A stretch of DNA of 64,000 bases. Origin: an uncultured Planctomycetaceae bacterium. Lineage in GTDB: Bacteria; Planctomycetota; Planctomycetia; Planctomycetales; Planctomycetaceae. The DNA lies in the NCBI GenBank assembly GCA_963976765.1, contig CAXBME010000015.1, forward strand, positions 1-64,000. The letters run 5' to 3'. Position 1 is the first letter of the stretch, and each line of letters begins with the position of its first letter. Of this stretch, positions 20,976 to 30,856 are shown one piece after another. The notes below the pieces were generated by a model. It saw only the letters and a list, made by a program, of their open reading frames with translations. It searched no databases and was not told the DNA's origin. Both the position numbers and the translations under genes were made by a program.

Positions 20976-21950
20976 ATGTATCGAATTCTCGCTTTGGTCT
21001 TGCTCCTAATCGGCTGTTTTCTGCACGACAACGTTGTCGCTCAAGAGCCGGTCATTGATTTGCCAATCAACGTTGACAAGACTCGCGAACGCAATGTCCC
21101 GGTCACCTTCCATCTGCCGAAACCAAGGACTTCTCAACCGTTGGTCATTGTTTCGCACGGAGGCGCGGGCAGCCGCGATGGTTTATTTGCCCTCTCATCA
21201 GAGATCGCTCGACAGGGCTACATCGTGATGTGCCTGGAACACGTCACCAGCAATCTCGACGACATCCGAAGTCGCATGAGAAATGGAAGGCTCAGCTTTA
21301 AGGACGCTTTGATCGCTTGCGGTAACGACACGGTGCCGCGAAAAGATCGACCACTCGACGTGCGCTTCGCCATCAAGTTGGCCGAAAAACTCAACCGCGA
21401 CGACGCACGATTCAAAGGCCGCATCGACGTGTCTCGAATCGCAATCCTCGGACACTCCTACGGCGCCTACACGACGATGGTCTGTTGTGGAGTGAAGCCA
21501 GTCAATATCGAGGAAGACTTGGCCGAGCCACGGATCAAGTTGGGTATCGCACTCAGCCCTCAAGCCGGTAACGGAAACTTCTTCGATAGCGACAGTTTCT
21601 CTGATGTCAGCGTGCCCTTCGTGGGGATCACGGGAACGCAAGACACCACCCACTTCATAGCGTCATTAGACCAACGCAGAGACTTCTTCAAACTCATGCC
21701 GAAAGGCGACAAACACTTATTGTGGATTCACGACGCGCACCACTTTAGCTTCTCCGATCCGACCGGCACTCAGCGACGAACGCTCATTCCACCGGACAAG
21801 GACGTAACAAACGCGTTGAAGGTCATCGTCCCGAAGGTTTTGGACTCCTATCTACGCGGTGAGCCAAAGCTGGACGGACCAACTCGCAAGGAGCTTGTCG
21901 AAAAGAGTCTTAGGGGAAGAGTGAGGGAAATCGAGTGGGAAGCGAATTGA
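20976..21950 (+). CDS. Secreted alpha/beta hydrolase, related to the upstream gene
   Basis: SHGGAG, GHSYG, GTQD, HFSF. Confidence 0.85.
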   Translation: MYRILALVLLLIGCFLHDNVVAQEPVIDLPINVDKTRERNVPVTFHLPKPRTSQPLVIVSHGGAGSRDGLFALSSEIARQGYIVMCLEHVTSNLDDIRSRMRNGRLSFKDALIACGNDTVPRKDRPLDVRFAIKLAEKLNRDDARFKGRIDVSRIAILGHSYGAYTTMVCCGVKPVNIEEDLAEPRIKLGIALSPQAGNGNFFDSDSFSDVSVPFVGITGTQDTTHFIASLDQRRDFFKLMPKGDKHLLWIHDAHHFSFSDPTGTQRRTLIPPDKDVTNALKVIVPKVLDSYLRGEPKLDGPTRKELVEKSLRGRVREIEWEAN

Positions 21951-22018
21951 GTGGGATCGGTACTGATCCTCATAGTGACTCGCATTGTGACTATGTCGAT
22001 AGCGTTGGTTTTTGCCGA

Positions 22019-23221
22019 CTATTTCTGTGAAGCAGCTCCTGTCAGATGCTGAAGAATGAAGTCGATGTTTCTGGAACGTTCCTCCGGGGGAGTAACCGCC
22101 AGAACAAGTTTGCATTCAAGACCAACCGCATCACATTTTTCTTTGACGGCAATGCTGTGAATTGGATGGTGAACAATATCGCCAGGCAATTCGTTTGGTC
22201 TCGGATTGACCAGCATCAGCGGCGAGTCGCATTTATCAATCATCTGCACCATGTCGATGCGTCGGCGCAGCTCGATACCCTTTGGGCCCGAGAGTTCATT
22301 CACTCCGATGCCAAGCCAGCCGGCAAAATCTTTCCGACTCTTCAGCGCCGTGACAGCGGACTCTTCCACCCCCAAAATCTTGTGCCAGAGCATTTGGTCA
22401 TAGGTTGACTGGGTGCTTAGAGCGACGCCGCACTGTGGCTTGCTCGATTCCCTTGCCACTGCATCCGCCGAATCAGGGTCTGCCAAATCGTCGTGAAACA
22501 ATGCCCAAAGAGTTAGACCTCCACCGGCCGAGCCGCCGACCATGGCCACTCTGTCTTTGTCGATGTTGTAGCGCTGAGAGTGATGGCGCAAAAACTGAAT
22601 TGCCCGGAGTGCTTGAGGAAACACTTCTGGCCATGGCACCTGGGTTTTGAAGGGATAATTAATCGAAACGAAGGTGACTCCTTTTTCTCGATATTCCTCG
22701 ACTGAACGGGAAGCCATTTTCTTGTCTCCGCCCGTGAAGCCACCTCCGTGAACAGAGATGACAATGGGAGTCTTCTCTCTGCTCTTTGCCAGCCAGATAT
22801 CCATCACGCACCGTTCGTGATCTCCATATCGAACATCGGCATGGTCCGGCACGGGCACCGCGACTCTTGATGCATTGCTCCGGCGCAAACGTGACGTTCT
22901 GTTCTCCATACCGTTAGCGATAAATTTTCGCCATTCATCCCAACTCAATTCTCCGTCCTCGTTTGCGTCGGCTTTTGGATTCCGTTTCAGCATTTCCTTG
23001 AGCCGGGATTTCGCTTCCGGGCTGGATTGCTGTTTCTTTAGATGCGCCGCCAGTTCGCGTGCCGAAAGAATGTTGTCTCCATTGGTATCGCTTTCGTTGA
23101 ATCGCTTTAGCGATTCAACGCGCCGATTTGGCACATCGTCGCGAGGCTTTGCTGAATCCTGACAGAATCCCGTGGCTGCGATTATCAACGAACTAAACAG
23201 AATGGTGATGGATTTTTTCAT
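22019..23221 (-). CDS. Secreted esterase/lipase (HGGG type) with EF-hand-like motifs
   Basis: HGGGFTGG, GGSAGG; DTNGDNILS and DANEDGELS loops; signal peptide from MKKSIT. Confidence 0.8.
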   Translation of the reverse strand: MKKSITILFSSLIIAATGFCQDSAKPRDDVPNRRVESLKRFNESDTNGDNILSARELAAHLKKQQSSPEAKSRLKEMLKRNPKADANEDGELSWDEWRKFIANGMENRTSRLRRSNASRVAVPVPDHADVRYGDHERCVMDIWLAKSREKTPIVISVHGGGFTGGDKKMASRSVEEYREKGVTFVSINYPFKTQVPWPEVFPQALRAIQFLRHHSQRYNIDKDRVAMVGGSAGGGLTLWALFHDDLADPDSADAVARESSKPQCGVALSTQSTYDQMLWHKILGVEESAVTALKSRKDFAGWLGIGVNELSGPKGIELRRRIDMVQMIDKCDSPLMLVNPRPNELPGDIVHHPIHSIAVKEKCDAVGLECKLVLAVTPPEERSRNIDFILQHLTGAASQK

Positions 23222-23471
23222 GTTTCTACTAACACCAAAGGAAGACTTTAGTTTCGGAAAATGATGAACAGAATCCAAAAGCAAGGGGCCACACACGGAT
23301 CAGGGGCCGGATGAAGAAACTTGAAATCACCCCGTCGACACGAACTACTATCAAAACATCTTGAACGACATGGTCTCGACCTCGGACCCCGTGTGTTTCC
23401 ACAAGGTGACGCCAAGGTGATCAACCGAAACTACTAAGGACCATGCATCTTGGATGCGATTCGACATTGTT

Positions 23472-23912
23472 CTACGTCAAACTCGCTGACGTTGAAGAAT
23501 CTGCGACCTCCGCGTGCTTTCTACCCCACAAGCACTGATCCACGGAGAATCGTCCCGCTCCCGTCAGCACGAGAGTCGCGTAAACTGCTAAATAGCAAGC
23601 AGCGAGTTCCTTTTTCTGCCACGGATCGCTGCCGTGAACTACGAATGACGCAACGATCATCGTGAAAGCCAGAGGTATCGCGGCGAAACGTGTCCCGAAG
23701 CCGGCTATTAGCAACAGCGAACAACCGACCTCGGCAGCGATCGCCATCACCAAACTTAGACTGCTGCCCATGCCGATCGGATCGGGGAACTTGTCCGCCA
23801 TCTCGCTAAATCCGGAAAGCTTCTGCCATCCGTGAACGAGCATGAAGCAGCCGAATGCGACACGAAGTAGCAGCAGCCCCGTTGATACCAATGTTTCTTT
23901 GTTCTTCAACAT
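23472..23912 (-). CDS. DoxX-family membrane protein
   Basis: GLLLLRV..G..ML.HG.QKL, AEVG, GAGRFSVD. Confidence 0.9.
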   Translation of the reverse strand: MLKNKETLVSTGLLLLRVAFGCFMLVHGWQKLSGFSEMADKFPDPIGMGSSLSLVMAIAAEVGCSLLLIAGFGTRFAAIPLAFTMIVASFVVHGSDPWQKKELAACYLAVYATLVLTGAGRFSVDQCLWGRKHAEVADSSTSASLT

Positions 23913-24031
23913 GAAATGTTCTCCGGTAAGTTGTAGGTTGTCTCATATCAGTTCATCTCGCGACGTGCTGCGATGACGTCGTCCGGATCAGCACGATGAC
24001 CATATTGGCGTCTTGCCTGCGTCCTTCACGC

Positions 24032-24817
24032 CTAATTCGCCGCAGCCTTCACAGCAGCGATAACTTCGCTGGGCTCGGCTCGTTTTTTGTAGTCGGCGTC
24101 GAGGAATGCGTAGGTGATCTTGCCGGACTGATCGATGACGTACGTCGCCGATAGCGGCAACTCCATTGCATCGCTGCCGTTGTATTCAGGCAGCTTCAGC
24201 TTGTCGCGGTACGAAGGAACGATCGCTTCGGGTAATTGGAATACCAGACCGTATTTTCTCGCCAGTGAATTGCCGTTGTCGTGCAGTGCTACGATGCCCA
24301 GGTCGTTCGCGGCGGCCGTTTCTTTTGCCTTTTCGGGTAGCTCCGGTGTCAATACGACCAACTTTGCTCCGGCATTCTCGATCTTGTCCATGTTCTGCTG
24401 CATCACGCGAAGTTGAATGTTGCAATACGGGCACCAGCCACCTCGATACCACATCAGAACGATCGGCCCTTCCTGCCACAGGTCGCTCAGTTTCACGCTG
24501 TTACCGTCCCAGCCGGACAACTCAGTGTCGATCGCCTCATCACCAACCTGTTTGGCCGATTTCTCGATGCCGGTTGCTCGGACAGTTTCAATGCCCTGAG
24601 CGTATGTCTGACGAACGTTCTCCGGCAGTCGTGTTGCGCTTGCTGCCGCTTTTTCTTCAAGAAGTTTGGAAAGCATGGGTGTTTCTTCTGTTTGTGTTGC
24701 GTCGGTGGGATCCTCCTGAGCAAGATGTTCGCCTTGAGGAGTTGCACTTTCTGAGCATCCCGCCACCGCGCTGACTGCTATTGAGAGGAGGGTGATGACG
24801 ACTGGTGTTGTTTTCAT
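24032..24817 (-). CDS. Peroxiredoxin-like AhpC/TSA lipoprotein
   Basis: YRGGWCPYCN; VAGC lipobox. Confidence 0.88.
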   Translation of the reverse strand: MKTTPVVITLLSIAVSAVAGCSESATPQGEHLAQEDPTDATQTEETPMLSKLLEEKAAASATRLPENVRQTYAQGIETVRATGIEKSAKQVGDEAIDTELSGWDGNSVKLSDLWQEGPIVLMWYRGGWCPYCNIQLRVMQQNMDKIENAGAKLVVLTPELPEKAKETAAANDLGIVALHDNGNSLARKYGLVFQLPEAIVPSYRDKLKLPEYNGSDAMELPLSATYVIDQSGKITYAFLDADYKKRAEPSEVIAAVKAAAN

Positions 24818-24846
24818 GTTTCTTTCTCGGGTGAGGAGTTCTTTGG

Positions 24847-25311
24847 TTAGGTGGATCTTTGAGCGCTTAGAGGCACCGTGTCGCTCTGTCCGTGTAGAGC
24901 CTGCGGAAGTTTGCTGTAGCGTGAGAAAAGATTGGCGGCTGCGACGACCACGATGGCGGTCGCGATATAGACGAGCGGCCACTTGGGATTGGACCGCAAA
25001 AAGAATTCCGAGAACAAAGCGCCAGCCATCGCGCCCGTTCCGTAAAGGCTGTTGAAAGTGAAAAGAAGCCTGGACTTTTCGTTGTCCTCCATCTTCAAAA
25101 GCAGGATGAGCGCATTCGTAAAGAGCGAGATGGATGCGTAGCCGATCACGAAGCCCGTTGTGATCCGGAAAAACGTTGGATCGATTCCAAGAGGTTTTGC
25201 CATATCAACAAACGCTGCCACGGAGACTGACCATCCCGCAAACTTTGAGACGGTAAACCGGACGAGGACCAGACCTGAAATGGAATTCAACAGGATCAGA
25301 AGTGGTTTCAT
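24847..25311 (-). CDS. Hypothetical membrane protein (about 4 TM)
   Basis: Hydrophobic helices; first gene downstream of the TetR operator at 25372. Confidence 0.65.
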   Translation of the reverse strand: MKPLLILLNSISGLVLVRFTVSKFAGWSVSVAAFVDMAKPLGIDPTFFRITTGFVIGYASISLFTNALILLLKMEDNEKSRLLFTFNSLYGTGAMAGALFSEFFLRSNPKWPLVYIATAIVVVAAANLFSRYSKLPQALHGQSDTVPLSAQRST

Positions 25312-25371
25312 GACAGAGTTCCTTTTTGGGCGATGTGGACAATGGGGTGTCACTTCTTTTCGTACGCATCA

Positions 25372-25391
25372 TTTTGACTGATTGGTCAAAA
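25372..25391. promoter_or_regulatory. TetR operator, copy 1
   Basis: ttttgac-tgattg-gtcaaaa with perfect 7-bp arms. Confidence 0.75.
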
Positions 25392-25493
25392 CGGTGCTTG
25401 AAAAATGAGGAGTCGTGCTCCTCATTGTCTCTCGACGCGTCGCTTACGAGATTCCTTACCGATAATTATTTGATTTTTGGTCCGTTCGTCCGC

Positions 25494-26075
25494 CTATGAA
25501 ATTAGGTCAATGGCTTGTTGGGCAACCTGTTGCAATGCCGTTTTCCCGAACGCTCCGCGGCCCAGCACACGGATCCCAACCACCAGGGCAATGAGAGCCC
25601 TCGCAGCGGGGCGAGTTTCAACAGAATCGGGAATAATGCCTGACTCCTTCCCGTGACTGATTCGTCCTTCAAAAAAGGTGACGACCTCTTTGATCCCGTC
25701 ATTGACAAGCTTCTTCACGTCATCGTCGTGTGACGGATATTCCAGGGCGGTGTTGAACAGCAGGCACCCTTTCTTGTCGGGATCGTTCAATGTCGCCTTC
25801 ACTAACGAATCGAAAAACATCCCGATCGCTTCACGCGGATCATCGACGGTTTCCAGCATTCGCAGTTTGCTGGTTCGTCGGTCACTGCCGTATTTCAGCA
25901 GGCCACGCACGAAAAGATCGTGCTTCCCGTCGAATGCGTTGTAGAGACTCCCGCGTTTGATTCCCGTCGCATCGGTGATGTCGGAGATCGAAGTCGCGGC
26001 GTATCCCTTCTGCCAAAAGACCTCCATCGCCTGCTCGACCACGTCCGATTCTTCAAATGATTTTTCCCACGGCAT
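25494..26075 (-). CDS. TetR/AcrR-family regulator (NemR/ComR-like)
   Basis: FWQKGYAATSISDI...GIKRGSLYNAF HTH; GCLLFN motif. Confidence 0.93.
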   Translation of the reverse strand: MPWEKSFEESDVVEQAMEVFWQKGYAATSISDITDATGIKRGSLYNAFDGKHDLFVRGLLKYGSDRRTSKLRMLETVDDPREAIGMFFDSLVKATLNDPDKKGCLLFNTALEYPSHDDDVKKLVNDGIKEVVTFFEGRISHGKESGIIPDSVETRPAARALIALVVGIRVLGRGAFGKTALQQVAQQAIDLIS

Positions 26076-26115
26076 TAATCAATCTCGCGAAGTGTGCCCC
26101 TAACTGACTGACTGA

Positions 26116-26146
26116 AGCGTACGCTGTTTTGACTAATCGGTCAATA
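26116..26146 (-). promoter_or_regulatory. tetR promoter overlapped by TetR operator, copy 2
   Basis: ttttgactaatcggtcaata (26127-26146); minus strand reads TTGACC-17bp-TACGCT. Confidence 0.7.
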
Positions 26147-26233
26147 CTCGAAAAATTGTCAGATCATTGGTTGTGAATTCTGCGACAGAACGGTTGGATG
26201 ATTGGAAAACGAGCAAAAAAGGGTGGCAAGACT

Positions 26234-26455
26234 TCAGAAAGTTATCTTCGCGACGATAACGTCACCGGCATAGCAGCCACCCTGGTAGCAAAGCTCTTTG
26301 CCTCCTCCAGCAAACGTTTTCTGAACAGGCCGCACGCCTGGCCATCCGGGACCATTCGTCGATCCGACCAGGTAAAAGGCCCCTTGCTTGTCCACGAAGC
26401 AGGAACGCCCGTAGTCGTAACTCTTTCCACCCAGGTAACTCGAATATATCAACTG
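26234..26455 (-). pseudogene. C-terminal fragment of an SBBP/beta-propeller repeat protein
   Basis: YSSYLGGKSYDYGRSCFVDKQGAFYLVGST resembles an SBBP repeat; upstream sequence is an IS remnant. Confidence 0.55.
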
Positions 26456-26971
26456 CGAAAAATCAGAATTCAGCCTTCGGACTCGACACGATCATCCTGC
26501 TATGCCCCAGTTAATTTCACGCCCCGCCGAAGTTGATGGCAGTTTTCTCATTTCAAGTGAAGACGCAACGGCACTCTTTCAGCCAACCGATCAGCCGTTC
26601 GACAATGTTCCGCTGGCGATACTGTTCTTTGTCAAGAACCACCGGATGGTCGTCTCGATTTTCGTTTGTCTTCGATGGGACAACCAGTGTGACGCCCATT
26701 TCCAGGAACATCTCGTCGATCCAGTCAGCGCGATATCCCTTGTCCCCGGCGATCGCGACCGGCCATACCACCGCTTCGCCGTCTCCGGTTGTCATTTCGT
26801 CGTCGATGCCCCGTTGAGCAAAACGACCAGAGCGGATCGATCAGACTCGCATTTTCGTGAGCCTGGCCTGCAGAAATTTCAAAGTGAATCGGACACCCGA
26901 CGGCACCGCAGGTCAGATGGATTTTTCTGGAGAAACCGCCTCTTGAGCGTCCTGATGCGTGATCGTTTGCC
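26455..26971 (-). pseudogene. IS5-family transposase remnant with a frameshift and stops
   Basis: GRSRGGFSRKIHL...SAGQAHE in one frame; AGDKGY...YRQRNIVERLIGWLKECR in another. Confidence 0.88.
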
Positions 26972-27652
26972 TCATTCGGTTTCAGTCGAAGTTGACAACG
27001 TGCCCTTATTCTCGGCGCGGGCGTCTTCCTTGGTAACGACTTCGCGAACCGGCTTGCCGCTTCGTGCGAAGGAAATCCCCTGTTGGCCCTTCGTATCAAT
27101 CATCACGGCTTCGATGATCGGCTCGGTTACTTCCTTAATAGCGACCCACTCGACCAGGAAATTTGCTCCGCTACCACCCGTCGCATCGTCGCGTTCAACC
27201 AGAAACTCCGTCGTAGCGAGTGCCGGCAACCGCAGTGGTTTCGTCAGGTACGATTTCACCTCCTTGCCTTTGGTGTCAAAGTATCGCACTGACTTGACGA
27301 CGATTTCGTTGTCGAGACTCGTGTTCCGAACGCTCAGCGTGATTGTCAACAAGTATGGGTCCCCGTCATCGTGATAGATGTGGGAATAGGCCGGCACGTA
27401 GACGACCTGACCTTGCACCGGATTATCAGTCAAGTAGTTCGTGTCACTATTGGCGACGTGCTCTTCAACCACTTGCGGCGGTTTGTATCGCAGTGAATCT
27501 TCGAACGAATCCAGTCGTCGATCCATATAGAAGGCGTAGAGAACCAACGGCAGCACGAACACGAGTACAGTGCCCGCAATCAGCAGTTTGAACTGCCACA
27601 TGAATTTCTCAAATTCTTCGGCTGTAATTACTTTCGCCATGCCGTGCTCCAA
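26972..27652 (-). CDS. DUF3124-like protein
   Basis: VYVPAYSHIY, TLSVRNT, GGSGANFLVEW, PIIEAVMI, GISF. Confidence 0.75.
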   Translation of the reverse strand: MEHGMAKVITAEEFEKFMWQFKLLIAGTVLVFVLPLVLYAFYMDRRLDSFEDSLRYKPPQVVEEHVANSDTNYLTDNPVQGQVVYVPAYSHIYHDDGDPYLLTITLSVRNTSLDNEIVVKSVRYFDTKGKEVKSYLTKPLRLPALATTEFLVERDDATGGSGANFLVEWVAIKEVTEPIIEAVMIDTKGQQGISFARSGKPVREVVTKEDARAENKGTLSTSTETE

Positions 27653-27703
27653 TTTAATGATTGCCGCAGGTGCCGAATCGCATCCGCAATCGAGGGGCAG
27701 ACA

Positions 27704-30700
27704 TCAGTCGTTTCTTAGACCCGTTCCACAACGCAAAGCAAGGCCTCGCAAGACAACGTAGAAAACTGGCGTGAGAAACAGGCCGAAAAGTGTGACACCC
27801 AGCATGCCACTGAAGACGGCCGTTCCGAGAACTTGCCGCATCTCAAATCCGGCCCCGGTTGCGATCAGCAAAGGGACAACGCCAAGGATGAATGAGAACG
27901 CGGTCATCAGGATCGGCCGTAAACGCAGTCGACAGGCATCAACAGCGGACTGAAATCGGTCTTTGCCTTTGTCTTCTTCGGCCTTCGCAAATTCGACGAT
28001 CAGAATGGCGTTCTTACAAGCCAAACCGATCAGCACGATGAAACCGATCTGCGTGAGGATGTTGTTGTCCATGCCTCGGAACCAGACACCAACGATGGCA
28101 AACAGCAGGCATAGCGGGACGATCAGAATAATGGCCAGCGGCAGCAGCCAGCTTTCGTATTGGGCGGCAAGCGCCAAAAACACGAACAGCACCGCCAGCG
28201 GAAACAGAAAGACGATGGTGTTCCCGGCCTGCCGCTCCTGGTATGCAAGTTCGGTCCACTCATAACCAAAGCCGGGCGGCAGGTTCTCTTCTGCCAGGCG
28301 TTCCATCGTCGTCAGCGACTGTCCGGTGCTGAATCCTGGCAGCGTGGCTCCGTTGATATCGGCCGCCGGATACAGGTTGTACCGGACCAGTCGATCTGGA
28401 CCGGCCGTGCGAGTCAGCTCGACAACTGAGCCAAGCGAAACGCTGGCCCCATGAGCACTTCGTGTCCGTAATCTCAAGATGTCGTCCGGCTCGTCGCGAA
28501 ACTCTGGTTCCGCCTGAGCGGTCACACGGTAGGTCCGGCCGAGAAAATTGAAATCGTTGACGTACAGTGAGCCGAGATAGACCTGCAGCGCCTCGAACAC
28601 GTTGCTCATAGGGACGTCAAGCATTTGCGCCTTCGTACGATCAACGTCGGTGTAAATCTGCGGAACACTCACGCGAAAGTTGGAAAATGCCTGAGCAATT
28701 CCCGGCTGCTGGTTGGCCTGAGTGACCATCGTTTCGTTAACCTGATTCAAGGCTGCGGTGCCCGCTCCTCGGCGATCCTGCACATACATCTTGAACCCGC
28801 CGCCTCGACCGATGCCGCGAACGGGCGGCGGCGGGATGATGAAGATTTGTGCTTCGTTGATCACCGCGACTTCGCGCCGAAGGTCGGCGACAATGTTGTC
28901 CACGCCGCGGTCTCGTTTGGCTCGCTCCTTCGCATCTTCCAGCGGGAGGAATGTCACCGCGGCGTTGGGGCTGATCGTAAATGTCGAGCCCGAAAGCCCG
29001 GCGATTCCGACCGAGTGAGCGACTCCGTCGATCTTGCCGCCAATATCCGCGACTCGTTTCGTGACTTTGTCCGTCCTCGACAATGACGCACCATCAGGCA
29101 GGCGAATACTGACGATTATGTAGCCCTGGTCCTGTTGTGGGATGAAGCCTGTCGGCACCATGCCGAAGCTGTACCACGTACAAACCAGCAAGCCCGCGTA
29201 AAGCAGCATCGTGACGGCCGTCATGCGAACCAAGCGCGAAACAATGCCAGCATAGATGTTGCTCGTCACGTCAAAGAAGCGATTGAACAGCCGAAAGAAC
29301 CAGCCAAACAGGAAGTCAACCAGATTGCCAACGGCATTCTTTTCGGAATTCTTTGGCTTGAGCAGCAACGCACACAATGCCGGACTGAGCGTCAAGGACA
29401 CAAACGTCGAAAAGGCTGTCGAGATGGCGATCGTTAGCGCAAACTGCTGATAAAACTTGCCGCTGATACTTGGAACGAACACCGTGGGGACAAACACGGC
29501 AATCAAAACCAGCGTTGTTGCGATCAACGCCGAACCAACTTCGTCCATCGCTTTATGCGTCGCCTCGCGTGGAGACAGACCTTCGGCAATCAGCCGTTCG
29601 ACGTTCTCCACGACAACGATTGCGTCGTCAACGACAATGCCGATCGCCAGAACCAGACCGAACAACGACAGCGTGTTCAGAGTAACGCCCAAACTCTGCA
29701 TGGCGGCGAAGGTGCCAATCAGTGAAATCGGGATCGCGATCACGGGGATGATTGTCGGACGCCAGCCGTGCAGAAACAGAAAGACGGTGAAGACGACGAA
29801 CGCGGTGGTGATGAACAGCGTGTTGAAGACCTCATCGATGGATTCTTCCACAAAGTCAGTCGGGTTGTAGGCGATCTCGTAGCCGATGCCTTCGGGAAAC
29901 TCTTTAGCCATCTGCCGCATCGTCTTCTTGACTTCAATCGCCGTATCAACAGCGTTGGTTCCCGGTCGCTGGTAGACCAGCACGGCAACGGCCGACTTTC
30001 CGTCCAGGTAACTCAGCCGGGAATAATCCTGGGCACCGAGTTCAATGCGAGCCACGTCACTCAGTCGAGTCACGCGACCGTCCGTGCCTCGTTTGACGAT
30101 GATCTGACCGAATTCATCAGCTTCCTGCAGACGGCCCTGAGTGACGACGTTCAATTGAAACGCGCCGGTCTGGTCGATCGGCGGTTGCCCGATCACGCCG
30201 GCAGCAACCTGAACGTTCTGCTGCCGAATCGCCTGAACGACATCACCGGCGGTAAGATCGACGTGGTTCATCTTTTCAATGTCGAGCCATATCCGCATCG
30301 CGTATTCATTGCCGCCGGCTATGCGGATGTCGCCCACTCCATCCAGTCGCATCAAGGCATCGCGAACACTCAGGAATGCATAGTTGCTGATGTAGAGTTG
30401 TTCGCGACTGCTGTCCGGTGAGTTCAGATGAACCACCATCAGCATGTCCGGAATCAGCTTCGTCGTGGTGACTCCGATCTGGCGAACTTGTTCCGGCAAT
30501 CGAGATTCGGCAATCGCCACCCGATTCTGAACCAGTACCTGGGCGTCATCCAGATCGGTGCCGAGTTTGAACGTGACGGTTAACTGCATCGTGCCGTCAG
30601 CACTCGATGATGACTCCATGTAGATCATGTCATCAACGCCGTTCATCTCCTGTTCGATCGGCGTGGCGACCGTGTCCGCAATGACTTGTGGCGTAGCCCC

Positions 30701-30856
30701 GGGATAGCTGGCCCGCACAACGATCTGCGGCGGCGCCACCGCCGGGTACTGCGAGACCGGCAGCGAAAAGTACGTGATCCCGCCCACCATCACGATGATC
30801 ACGGACAGCACGGTGGCGAAGATTGGCCGTTCAATAAAGAAGTGAGGGAACTTCAC
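27704..30856 (-). CDS. HAE1 multidrug RND permease (MexF/OqxB-like)
   Basis: FFIERPIFA, GIVVDDAIVVVENVER, KNAILIVEFA, RLRPILMT. Confidence 0.95.
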   Translation of the reverse strand: MKFPHFFIERPIFATVLSVIIVMVGGITYFSLPVSQYPAVAPPQIVVRASYPGATPQVIADTVATPIEQEMNGVDDMIYMESSSSADGTMQLTVTFKLGTDLDDAQVLVQNRVAIAESRLPEQVRQIGVTTTKLIPDMLMVVHLNSPDSSREQLYISNYAFLSVRDALMRLDGVGDIRIAGGNEYAMRIWLDIEKMNHVDLTAGDVVQAIRQQNVQVAAGVIGQPPIDQTGAFQLNVVTQGRLQEADEFGQIIVKRGTDGRVTRLSDVARIELGAQDYSRLSYLDGKSAVAVLVYQRPGTNAVDTAIEVKKTMRQMAKEFPEGIGYEIAYNPTDFVEESIDEVFNTLFITTAFVVFTVFLFLHGWRPTIIPVIAIPISLIGTFAAMQSLGVTLNTLSLFGLVLAIGIVVDDAIVVVENVERLIAEGLSPREATHKAMDEVGSALIATTLVLIAVFVPTVFVPSISGKFYQQFALTIAISTAFSTFVSLTLSPALCALLLKPKNSEKNAVGNLVDFLFGWFFRLFNRFFDVTSNIYAGIVSRLVRMTAVTMLLYAGLLVCTWYSFGMVPTGFIPQQDQGYIIVSIRLPDGASLSRTDKVTKRVADIGGKIDGVAHSVGIAGLSGSTFTISPNAAVTFLPLEDAKERAKRDRGVDNIVADLRREVAVINEAQIFIIPPPPVRGIGRGGGFKMYVQDRRGAGTAALNQVNETMVTQANQQPGIAQAFSNFRVSVPQIYTDVDRTKAQMLDVPMSNVFEALQVYLGSLYVNDFNFLGRTYRVTAQAEPEFRDEPDDILRLRTRSAHGASVSLGSVVELTRTAGPDRLVRYNLYPAADINGATLPGFSTGQSLTTMERLAEENLPPGFGYEWTELAYQERQAGNTIVFLFPLAVLFVFLALAAQYESWLLPLAIILIVPLCLLFAIVGVWFRGMDNNILTQIGFIVLIGLACKNAILIVEFAKAEEDKGKDRFQSAVDACRLRLRPILMTAFSFILGVVPLLIATGAGFEMRQVLGTAVFSGMLGVTLFGLFLTPVFYVVLRGLALRCGTGLRND

